A DNA stretch of 64,000 nt from Crocinitomicaceae bacterium (lineage in GTDB: Bacteria; Bacteroidota; Bacteroidia; Flavobacteriales_D; Crocinitomicaceae), in assembly GCA_044233275.1 (NCBI GenBank), contig JBIIKG010000001.1, positions 610-64,609 of the forward strand, written 5' to 3'. The position numbers and the translations under genes were made by a program. Positions 1 through 8,834 of the stretch are shown here, piece after piece (position 1 is the first letter of the stretch; every line of letters begins with the position of its first letter). The notes under the pieces are model-generated. The model was not told the origin of the DNA, searched no databases, and saw nothing but the letters and a program-made list of their open reading frames with translations.

Positions 1-111
1 TACCTGATGAACCAATTGGATCGAATCAGTCACAAAGAAAACTTTAAAGAGGCCTTGAATTATGAAGCGCTGTTTAAAGAAGTGATACAGCATGCTACTC
101 ATGTAAATTAG
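1..111 (+). CDS. C-terminal fragment of an unidentified protein (gene starts left of the window)
   Basis: Frame +1 is open from base 1 to TAG at 109-111 (...ALNYEALFKEVIQHATHVN*). It ends 7 nt before the next gene. No motif recognised. Confidence 0.35.
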   Translation, partial: YLMNQLDRISHKENFKEALNYEALFKEVIQHATHVN

Positions 112-118
112 AATACGG

Positions 119-1174
119 ATGAAGATTTTATATGCAATACAAGGAACAGGAAATGGACATTTAAGTCGCGCGTTAGAAATTATTCCCATTTTGCAGCAAT
201 ACGGCGAAGTGGAAATTTTGATTAGTGGAAATCAATCTCAAGTAGCCTTACCTTTTGATGTGTATTATCGTTTTCATGGCTTGAGTTTTGTCGCTTCGAA
301 GTCGGGAGGAATTAGCTATTTTAAATCGCTCTTAAACATTAAGTTGGTGCGCTTAATCAATGAAATCCGCAAACTGAAAGTCGAGCGCTATAATCTAGTG
401 ATTAGTGATTTCGAGCCAATTTCTGCTTGGGCATGTGCTATTCGCAATATTAAATGTGTACAATTGAGCCACCAAGCTGCAGTTATGCATAAGAACAGTC
501 CTAAGCCGCCAATCAAACATGTAGTTGGAAATTATGTCTTGAATCATTATTGTCCGTCCAATGTAAACTATGGGTTTCATTTTGAGAAGTATGCTGAATC
601 CATTTTTTTGCCTGTCATTCGAAAACAAGTGAGGGAATTAGACATACGGAATGACGGTCAATATGTCGTTTATTTACCGGCCTATCACGATGAGGCATTG
701 CATCAATTTCTGTGGAATTTTTCTGCACGTTGGACTGTTTTTTCGAAATATACAACAACGAAGTATACCAAAGATAATGTCACTTTTTTACCCGTTGAAA
801 ATGAATTGTTTTTAGAAAACCTAGCTTCTTGCAGTGGAGTTCTGTGTGGTGCTGGATTTGAATTGCCTGCAGAAGCAATTTATTTGAAAAAGAAGTTAAT
901 GGTAATTCCGATGGAAAACCAGTTTGAGCAGCAGTGCAACGCTGAAAGTTTAAAACGCTTGGGAGTATCTGTTTTACCAAAATTGGATTTAATTAACCAC
1001 AGAGCGATGTATAATTGGCTCAAATTTGCTCAAGCAATTCAACTAGAATTCAACGATTCAACAGAAGAAATTATTGCCCAGTTGATTCAAGAGCACGCAT
1101 CTGAAAGCCATGAAAGTACGGAAACACTCGATTCTCCAGGAATGAATTGGCAATTCTACCGCTATTTTTTCTAA
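119..1174 (+). CDS. GT-B fold glycosyltransferase (MJ1255/TIGR00661-like uncharacterised family)
   Basis: 351-aa ORF. The N-terminal MKILYAIQGTGNGHLSRA motif is characteristic of this family. The C-terminal CGAGFELPAEA segment resembles a nucleotide-sugar binding region. Confidence 0.6.
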   Translation: MKILYAIQGTGNGHLSRALEIIPILQQYGEVEILISGNQSQVALPFDVYYRFHGLSFVASKSGGISYFKSLLNIKLVRLINEIRKLKVERYNLVISDFEPISAWACAIRNIKCVQLSHQAAVMHKNSPKPPIKHVVGNYVLNHYCPSNVNYGFHFEKYAESIFLPVIRKQVRELDIRNDGQYVVYLPAYHDEALHQFLWNFSARWTVFSKYTTTKYTKDNVTFLPVENELFLENLASCSGVLCGAGFELPAEAIYLKKKLMVIPMENQFEQQCNAESLKRLGVSVLPKLDLINHRAMYNWLKFAQAIQLEFNDSTEEIIAQLIQEHASESHESTETLDSPGMNWQFYRYFF

Positions 1175-1407
1175 CCATTAGTTTGAACATAGCAAACGCA
1201 GCAAACAAACCTTCTATTTAACATGCGTCGTAGTGGCTACTTAGTTAATCAGAGAGATACGATTTACACTGTATAACGGCTATTATTAAATTTTCGCGCT
1301 ACTACATTATTTATTGATGCGTTGACATAGGCTTAATATGTAAACGTGAATTTCGTGCTTGAAAAAAAGCCTCCACCAAACTTATCGGTTAATTAATACG
1401 AAAAAAT

Positions 1408-4400
1408 ATGAAATTTAAAATTACGTTACTCATTGTTTTATCTGTTTTAGTTAGTAAGATGGGGGTGGGACAGATATACACAAACACCTTTACAGGTGTT
1501 AGCGCTTGCCCAACTAATGGAAACACGCCAACAATGGCTACAAATTCAACTGGAACGGCCGTATCTAGAACCACAATAACATGTAATAGTACCGCAAATG
1601 TTTTTAATTCCACGACATTAAACAATACAAGTAGTATTTCGAATACTTCTTATATTGAGTTTTCCGCAACTGCAAATGCTGGTTATATTCTCAATGTAAC
1701 TAGCCTTAGTTTTTTTAGACAGGGAACTAATACCGCTCCTAATAGATTAGAAGTAAGGTATAGCACTGATGGTTTTGCAACCTCAACATCATGGGGTTCG
1801 GCAGCAGTTACACCAACAACAGGCACAGTTTTGACCTGGAATTTCACTGATTTTTCAACCCCAGCAGCAGGCACAGTTACCTTTAGGATCTATCCTTTTG
1901 GAGTAACAAGGTGTGATGGAACCGCAACTGCCGCTGCAGCTACCGGGTCTTTTAGAGTCGATGATGTTACCATTAATGGAACAGTAACAGCTGCAATTAC
2001 TACTTATTCCAATACCTACAACGGCAACGGTAATACTTCTGGCACGGTGCCGGTGGATGCAGCAAGTCCATATGTTTCTGGTGCAACAGTTACAGTTTTA
2101 GGAAACACAGGTACACTTGCACGCACAGGTTATACTTTTGCTGGATGGAATACTTTGGCAAACGGCTCTGGAACGGATAGAGCAGCCGGTTCAACTTTTA
2201 CAATTTCTGCCAATACAACTCTTTTTGCTAAATGGACCGCCAACAGCAACACGATAACTTTTGATGGAAATGGCTCCACAGGAGGCTCAACAGCAGCACA
2301 AAATATTAATACGGCAGCTTCTGCAAATTTAACCGCCAATGGATTTATCAGAGCGGGCTATACGTTTGCGGGTTGGAACACATTAGCAAATGGAACTGGT
2401 ACTTCTTATACCGACCAGGTAGCTTATACAATGGGTACAGCAAATGTTACCCTTTATGCCCAATGGACGGCAAATTCATTAACGGTAACATATGATAGTC
2501 AAGGAGGAAGCGCTATTTCAAATGGTTCTACTACAACCGGAGGTACAGTTTCTAACCCAGGAAATCCAACGCGAAGCGGTTATTCATTCAACGGTTGGTT
2601 TGATGCTTCAAGCGGAGGCTCGGCAATTTCATTTCCGTATACTCACGGACAAACTGCAAATTTCACTTTGTATGCTCAATGGACCGTGGTTTCGACTTCA
2701 ACAATAAATCCAGTGACACTTGCAACTGCGTTATCAACAACCTATGGAACCGCGTCATCGGATGCAAGCTTTACAGCAAGTGGTTCAAACTTAAGCGTTA
2801 ACATTACAGCAGATGCACAAACAGGTTTTGAAGTATCAACAGACAATAGTAATTTTGGATCTTCTGTTTCTGTCTCAAGTGGAACAATGGTATATGTGCG
2901 TTTCACGGCAACACAAGTTGCTGGCTCTTACAATAGTTCAACTGCGGTTGTTCTTTCAAGCACAGGAGCAATTTCACAAAATGTAACAACATCAGCTACT
3001 GGGAACAACGTTTTGGCAAAAGACTTAACCATTACAGGGATTTCTATTTCCAATAAAACGTATGATGGAAACACCACCGCTTCCATTTCAGGAACAGCAG
3101 CATATTCAGGATTAGTCAATGGACAATCATTTCCTGTAACTGGATCACCAAGTGCAAGTTTCAACAATAAAAATGCTGGTACAGCTAAACCAATTACAGT
3201 AAGCGGTTATACTGCACCGAGCGCAAACTATTCCATAACACAGCCAACAGGATTAACAGCAGATATCACTGCCAAATCACTGACAGTTGCCTCACCAACT
3301 GTAACTTCCAAATCCTACGACGGGAATACCAATGCGACCGTTACAGGAACATTAAGTGTTGTTGAGTCAGGGGATGTGGTGATTCTAATTGGCACAGGAA
3401 CGTTTGCCACTGCCAACGTTGGAACAGCAATTAGCGTAACTTCAATAGCGACTTTGAGTGGAGCAGATGCCGGAAATTACTCACTCACACAGCCAACAGG
3501 CTTGTTTGGGGATATTACCTTAAAATCGTTGACAATCACCGCGTCTGATGTATCAAAAGAAATGGGAGTGCTGCTAACAGGAGGTCCTGGGTCAACGGCA
3601 TTTGCATCAAGCGGGCTTGCAGGAAGTGAAACCATTGGCTCTGTGACGATAACCTATGGTGCTGCCGCAGGAACTTCAGGTCAGGGTGCAATAGCAGGTA
3701 CTTATAGTGATCAGGTCACACCTTCAGCAGCAACCGGGGGAACCTTCAATATATCCAATTATTCCATTACCTATAGTTCAGGGGCGATCATTGTGGCTGG
3801 TTTCACAGCGGGTAACCTTGTTGTTGAGAGAATTGGTAACGGTTCCACTGTATTAAGCAATGCGGCTTCTACTATCAATTTGGTAGAATTGAATACCTCA
3901 GGTACTACAATTCAAACCTTGAGTACTATATTCACCGGTTCAAACCTTTTAACAGAATCAGGGTCAGCTACATCGAATGGTTTTTTGAATTCTTATAATA
4001 CGTTTTTAGGTGTGCCGGGTTATAATACCACATTAGGAATTCCGAGTGTAGCGAGTTTAAACACCAAAGCGACTAATCTTATTGGAACTGGAGCAAGTGT
4101 TACATCTCGGGTTGTATTTCCAACTGGAGGTCCTTTAGCAACTCCACCATCACCGTTTTCCGGGAACAATTTTAGAAGTGTTGTTCCAATCTCTTCAACA
4201 GCATTTTATGCTTCTGGTACCGCTTCTGGCACCCCAAATACTGGAGGGGTATGGTATTTTGATGGTACAGGATTAACCCAAATTAGCAGCACGACAACTG
4301 GTCAACCGGTGAATTGTCGAAACGTTGAAGTTTACAACAACCAGTTATATTTATCCTCGTCTACAGGAACTTATTTAGGAATTTCTAAATTAGGAACAGG

Positions 4401-6804
4401 TTTACCAACATCTTCCAACCAAACTGCAACATTAGAAATTAATATGGGTACAGGCGCGAGTCCTTATGGATTTGTATTATGTCCTGACGGAAACACGATG
4501 TATGTTGCAGATGATAGACCGTCCGCTTCAGGTGGAATTTACAAGTTTACCAAATCAGGAGGCACTTGGTCTCAAGCATATTTATTAGGTACTGGAGTTT
4601 CTAGTATTGGTGCAAGAGGTTTGATGGTTGATTTTTCAGGATCTGACCCAATTATCTATGCAACCACTGCTGAGGGATCTGCAAATCGAATTATCAAAAT
4701 AATAGATACGGGTTCAGGTGCAAGTTCAACAACCTTAGCTACTGCTGCTACGAATTACATTTTTAGAGGAGTCGATTTTACTCCTGCGCCAGCTCCAAGT
4801 GAGCCAATTATTGGAACCATTACACAGCCTACTTGCGCAACAGCCACGGGATCGGTTGAACTCACAGGTTTACCATCAGGACAATGGAGAGTATATGGTT
4901 TTCCGTCAGGAGGTGCTGTTGGTACAGGAAATTCCACAACTATCAGCGGATTAAGTGCGGGATCGTACACGTTCATTGTGACGTCTTATACAGGAAGAAC
5001 TTCAGTTGTTTCTGTGAGCGTTACTATTGATGCTCAGCCTGCTACCCCATCGGCACCAACCGCCTCCAACCAGTCATTCTGTGCAGTGAACAACCCAACA
5101 GTATCGGATTTGACCACAACATCTGGTTCTAACATTCAGTGGTATACTGCTGCAACAGGTGGATCTGCATTGACATCAGTTTCGTCAGTTACATCTGGAA
5201 CATATTATGTGTCACAAACACAAGGCGCATGTGAAAGTAGCCGTGCATCAGTTGCCATCGCGGTAGACAACCTTACCCTTACTGTTACCCCGACAACCGG
5301 AGATTTCATTTGGAATGGGCGCACGGATTCAAATTTCGGAATAAGCACTAATTGGTATGAATATAATGGTTCCGCTTTTACAACTACTTCAGCAATTCCT
5401 TCAATTTCTACGAATATTATTATTCCTGCAAATGAATCAATTTGTGTATTACAACAACCAACTACTTTGACAAATGGGGGTAACGTAAAGAACCTTACAA
5501 TTCAAACGGGGGCATCATTAACCATGCAAAGTGGTACTCTATCTGTTGCCGGAAATTGGGAAAATAATGGAACGTTTACGCCAGGAACAGGAACGGTTGC
5601 GTTGGTTGGAACATCAGATCAATCGATCGTTAATTCAGCAGGAGAAACCTTCCATAAATTAACAATCAACAAAGCGTTAGGAGTAGTTTTACTGTCTAAC
5701 GATGTTACAATAGCAAATGAGTTAAATCTTACTAGTGGTATTGTTGATTTACAAGCGAGTAACTTAAACATGGCTTCCAATGCAATAAATGGTGGCTCAG
5801 TAAGCAGTTATGTTCGAACTTCTGGAAATGGAGTGTTAAAAAGAGACGTATCAACTTTACCTATAGTATTCCCCGTAGGAAAGAGTGCATACAATCCTGC
5901 TATTTTAACAAACAGCGGCGATGCAGATCTCTTTAGTTTGCGCGTTTACGATTACGTTTCTGCAACGGGTGCAGAAGGAGGAGTGCAGACAAGTGGACAA
6001 ACAGTAAACCGCACGTGGATGATTAGTGAATCTCTCGTTGGTGGAAGTGATGTTACTTTAAAAATGTATTGGAATGCAGGTGAAGAATTTAATGGATTTA
6101 TTTATTCACCAGGCTCAATGAATGTGATGCACCATAATGGTTCAATATGGGAAGAGTTAGGCGCTACAAATCAAGGCGATTCCCCTTATTTTATTGAAAA
6201 AAGTCAGGTATTATCTTTCTCTCCATTTACAATTGGATATACAGGTTCTCCACTACCTGTCGAATTTCTTGAATTCACAGCTAAGTGCAATGAATCGAGC
6301 GAAACAGTTTTGAACTGGTCTACAGCATCCGAGCACAATTCAGACTATTTCAAAATTGAAAAATCAATTGATGGAATCAATTGGTCTATTTTGGCGACAG
6401 TAGCTGCTGCTGGGAATTCAACAGAACGAATTGATTATACCATAGCGGATATTGAAAAATCTAGAGGAACTTATTATAAATTGTGGCAATACGATGTTGA
6501 TGGAAGTGAAAGCTTTTTAGCGCTTGTTCATGACGATTGTTCAGGGAGTTTCTCCGATGCGCAACCAGTTGTTTATCCAAATCCAACTACAAATAATGCA
6601 TTGACAATCCAGTTTAATGATGACAAAGCTGATTTAGTAAAGGTTGAAATCTATTCGCTTCAAGGAAAGTTGATGTATAGTCAAACTTTCAAAGGGGCTC
6701 AAAAAATTACTATCGCGGATTTAACGCTTGATAAAGGAATTTATCAAATGACTATCCAACAAGATGGAAAAGATGCAACAAACTCAAAAATTTGCATTCA
6801 ATAA
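1408..6804 (+). CDS. Giant T9SS-secreted surface protein (Listeria-Bacteroides repeats, YDG/MBG-type repeats, Ig-like modules, type-A T9SS CTD)
   Basis: 1798-aa ORF with signal peptide MKFKITLLIVLSVLV. Four units of GY(T/S)F(A/N)GW...LYA(K/Q)WT (Flg_new-like). KTYDGNT and KSYDGNT YDG-type units. C-terminal VYPNPTTNNALTIQF...GIYQMTIQ matches the TIGR04183-type sorting domain. Confidence 0.85.
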   Translation: MKFKITLLIVLSVLVSKMGVGQIYTNTFTGVSACPTNGNTPTMATNSTGTAVSRTTITCNSTANVFNSTTLNNTSSISNTSYIEFSATANAGYILNVTSLSFFRQGTNTAPNRLEVRYSTDGFATSTSWGSAAVTPTTGTVLTWNFTDFSTPAAGTVTFRIYPFGVTRCDGTATAAAATGSFRVDDVTINGTVTAAITTYSNTYNGNGNTSGTVPVDAASPYVSGATVTVLGNTGTLARTGYTFAGWNTLANGSGTDRAAGSTFTISANTTLFAKWTANSNTITFDGNGSTGGSTAAQNINTAASANLTANGFIRAGYTFAGWNTLANGTGTSYTDQVAYTMGTANVTLYAQWTANSLTVTYDSQGGSAISNGSTTTGGTVSNPGNPTRSGYSFNGWFDASSGGSAISFPYTHGQTANFTLYAQWTVVSTSTINPVTLATALSTTYGTASSDASFTASGSNLSVNITADAQTGFEVSTDNSNFGSSVSVSSGTMVYVRFTATQVAGSYNSSTAVVLSSTGAISQNVTTSATGNNVLAKDLTITGISISNKTYDGNTTASISGTAAYSGLVNGQSFPVTGSPSASFNNKNAGTAKPITVSGYTAPSANYSITQPTGLTADITAKSLTVASPTVTSKSYDGNTNATVTGTLSVVESGDVVILIGTGTFATANVGTAISVTSIATLSGADAGNYSLTQPTGLFGDITLKSLTITASDVSKEMGVLLTGGPGSTAFASSGLAGSETIGSVTITYGAAAGTSGQGAIAGTYSDQVTPSAATGGTFNISNYSITYSSGAIIVAGFTAGNLVVERIGNGSTVLSNAASTINLVELNTSGTTIQTLSTIFTGSNLLTESGSATSNGFLNSYNTFLGVPGYNTTLGIPSVASLNTKATNLIGTGASVTSRVVFPTGGPLATPPSPFSGNNFRSVVPISSTAFYASGTASGTPNTGGVWYFDGTGLTQISSTTTGQPVNCRNVEVYNNQLYLSSSTGTYLGISKLGTGLPTSSNQTATLEINMGTGASPYGFVLCPDGNTMYVADDRPSASGGIYKFTKSGGTWSQAYLLGTGVSSIGARGLMVDFSGSDPIIYATTAEGSANRIIKIIDTGSGASSTTLATAATNYIFRGVDFTPAPAPSEPIIGTITQPTCATATGSVELTGLPSGQWRVYGFPSGGAVGTGNSTTISGLSAGSYTFIVTSYTGRTSVVSVSVTIDAQPATPSAPTASNQSFCAVNNPTVSDLTTTSGSNIQWYTAATGGSALTSVSSVTSGTYYVSQTQGACESSRASVAIAVDNLTLTVTPTTGDFIWNGRTDSNFGISTNWYEYNGSAFTTTSAIPSISTNIIIPANESICVLQQPTTLTNGGNVKNLTIQTGASLTMQSGTLSVAGNWENNGTFTPGTGTVALVGTSDQSIVNSAGETFHKLTINKALGVVLLSNDVTIANELNLTSGIVDLQASNLNMASNAINGGSVSSYVRTSGNGVLKRDVSTLPIVFPVGKSAYNPAILTNSGDADLFSLRVYDYVSATGAEGGVQTSGQTVNRTWMISESLVGGSDVTLKMYWNAGEEFNGFIYSPGSMNVMHHNGSIWEELGATNQGDSPYFIEKSQVLSFSPFTIGYTGSPLPVEFLEFTAKCNESSETVLNWSTASEHNSDYFKIEKSIDGINWSILATVAAAGNSTERIDYTIADIEKSRGTYYKLWQYDVDGSESFLALVHDDCSGSFSDAQPVVYPNPTTNNALTIQFNDDKADLVKVEIYSLQGKLMYSQTFKGAQKITIADLTLDKGIYQMTIQQDGKDATNSKICIQ

Positions 6805-7083
6805 CATCCTTTTGAAGAGTATTGAGAGTTGAGATTTTGTTATAAATTTAAAATGGCTGCATTTAGGTGCACCCATTTAATTCTATCTAATTGCTAGACC
6901 TTGCTATTTCTTGAAAAGTCCATTTTACTGAAAAGGGCCTTATTCAAATCGATAAAAAATCCGATAGTCAAGCTAGCACAACTTTGCACTTACGAGCGAA
7001 GCATATTCAAAGAACCATAAATGTTAAAACGTTGAATGTAATGCGCTGTTATCCTTTTATACCTAGGAAACCTTGACGTTAAC

Positions 7084-7300
7084 TTAGTTTTTCGAAATGC
7101 GGTGAATGCTTGTTCCGTTTTCCGTTGTAATTCTGAAGATGTACATTCCTGTTTCGTAAGAAGCAAGGCTAAATGTTCCACCGTTCTTAACGTTTGATGT
7201 TTGTAAGATTTTACCTTGTGCATCAACTAATTCGATGGTAGCATTTGCAGCTATCATATTAACTGAAACAACATCACTTGTAGGATTCGGGAATAAGCTG
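7084..7300 (-). repeat. Copy 1 of a duplicated T9SS-CTD cassette (3' end of the 471-aa gene)
   Basis: By-eye DNA alignment with 8618-8834: about 90% identity over the first ~170 nt counted from the stop codon, decaying further in. 46 of the last 50 residues are identical. Confidence 0.85.
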
Positions 7301-8499
7301 ATATTATTTGCATTCTGTGCATTTAATGCTGCGGTTTCATTTAAATCAATTTTTATAACATAACTTAAAATTGAGTTACATGAATCGTCGTAGATTGCGA
7401 AGTTTATAAGACCTTTCGTTATGTCATCATATCCATCCAATATAGTTTGTTCTATGGATGATGAATCGATTCCACAAAAACAATTACTTAGCAAAGAATA
7501 ATTCATATTGGTATTATTATTCACATTGTAATTGATATTACTGCAAATTTCATTGTTGTAAATAAGTGGGCTATCTTGCGCGTTCGATACGTTCGAAATA
7601 AGCAAGCCTCCAAAATTGTTATTGATTTGATTATCGTGAATATTAGCATCGACAGAAGCTTCTAAGGCAAGTTCGTTATATAAGATTTCATTATTAAAGA
7701 TTTCACAATTAGAAGCCATTTGAATGGCAGTGGTGTTGTCACTGAATTGGCAGTTTTGAACTGTTCCGTTATTTGGAGAACCTAATGCTAGTTCATTGTT
7801 TTGAAATTGACAATCTGTAATCGTCATATTTTCAAACACATAAGAAGCGAATGTTAAACCGATTTGGTTGTCGACGAACGTGGAATTTGTCAATTCAATC
7901 GCCGTAGTGTATGCGAAAATGGAAGTCGTATTGTCTTTAAATAAACAATTGTTAATCGTAAAGTAGCTCCAACCATAAACACCAACTTCGTTATCAATGA
8001 ACTTACAATTTTGCAAATTAACTGAATTGGCCACCGTAACTGCTTGAAAACAATGACTGAAAGTACAATTGGTGTATTGATAATTGGTCAATGCGGTTTC
8101 ATAGCTAAATGGAGTATGAGCGTTCGAAATATGGAAGCGATCTGCATTGAGGACACCCCCTTGAGAGCTTGTACAAGTAAAACCTTGCCAACCAACTGGG
8201 TTCAATGTGTCGTACATTGCGTGGATTTTAATGGGAAGGGCATCTGTGCCAACACAGTTCAGCGTGCCTCTGGTCTCAATGTATATACTATTGCTTGCCT
8301 GATTGTCTATTTTTATTTCAACGCCAGGTTCTATCGTAAGTGTTTTTCCTGGGAAAACTACAATTGATCCAGTGACAATGTATGGACTGTTGGCAAGTGT
8401 CCAAGTTGTGTTTTGATAAATTCCCCCTGAAACGGAAGTTTGGGCATATGTAGCTTGTTGGATAAGCAAAACAAATAGAATTTTGAAGAAGTGTTTCAT
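7084..8499 (-). CDS. Right-handed parallel beta-helix repeat protein with type-A T9SS CTD
   Basis: 471-aa ORF with signal peptide MKHFFKILFVLLIQQATYAQ. Repeated N-rich turns (NCxF.DN, NNEI, NNQI) typical of a beta-helix. C-terminal LFPNPTSDVVSVNM...GMYIFRITTENGTSIHRISKN. Confidence 0.8.
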   Translation of the reverse strand: MKHFFKILFVLLIQQATYAQTSVSGGIYQNTTWTLANSPYIVTGSIVVFPGKTLTIEPGVEIKIDNQASNSIYIETRGTLNCVGTDALPIKIHAMYDTLNPVGWQGFTCTSSQGGVLNADRFHISNAHTPFSYETALTNYQYTNCTFSHCFQAVTVANSVNLQNCKFIDNEVGVYGWSYFTINNCLFKDNTTSIFAYTTAIELTNSTFVDNQIGLTFASYVFENMTITDCQFQNNELALGSPNNGTVQNCQFSDNTTAIQMASNCEIFNNEILYNELALEASVDANIHDNQINNNFGGLLISNVSNAQDSPLIYNNEICSNINYNVNNNTNMNYSLLSNCFCGIDSSSIEQTILDGYDDITKGLINFAIYDDSCNSILSYVIKIDLNETAALNAQNANNISLFPNPTSDVVSVNMIAANATIELVDAQGKILQTSNVKNGGTFSLASYETGMYIFRITTENGTSIHRISKN

Positions 8500-8561
8500 G
8501 ATTTTTATTTTATGTAGATTACAACAGTTGTTCTGCCTTAATTGGTCGATGTGATATTTCA

Positions 8562-8598
8562 GAAAAACAAGAAAGGCTGCCCAATGGACAGCCTTTCT
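8562..8598 (-). terminator. Rho-independent terminator downstream of the ~2203-aa adhesin gene
   Basis: Read on the minus strand: AGAAAGGCTG / CAGCCTTTCT, a perfect 10-bp stem with a 9-nt loop, followed by TGTTTTT. It lies about 20 nt after the stop codon. Confidence 0.65.
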
Positions 8599-8617
8599 TT
8601 ATTTAAAGAATTGAATC

Positions 8618-8834
8618 TTAGTTTTTCGAAATTCGGTGGATGCTTGTTCCATTTTCAGTTGTAATTCTGAAGATGTACATTCCTGTTTCGTATGAAGCAA
8701 GACTTAACGTTCCACCGTTCTCAACGATTGATGTTTGTAAGATTTTACCTTGTGCATCAACTACTTCGATAGAAGCATTAGCTGCAGTCATGTTAACCGT
8801 TACAAAATCTCTAGTTGGATTAGGGTATACACTG
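8618..8834 (-). repeat. Copy 2 of the duplicated T9SS-CTD cassette (3' end of the ~2203-aa gene)
   Basis: Direct repeat of 7084-7300 on the same strand, 1534 bp away. Confidence 0.85.

Noticed and set aside
6990-7226. 78-aa minus-strand ORF straddling the 3' end of the beta-helix gene
   Set aside because: It overlaps the well-supported CTD-coding region in another frame and has a basic low-complexity product. It is spurious.
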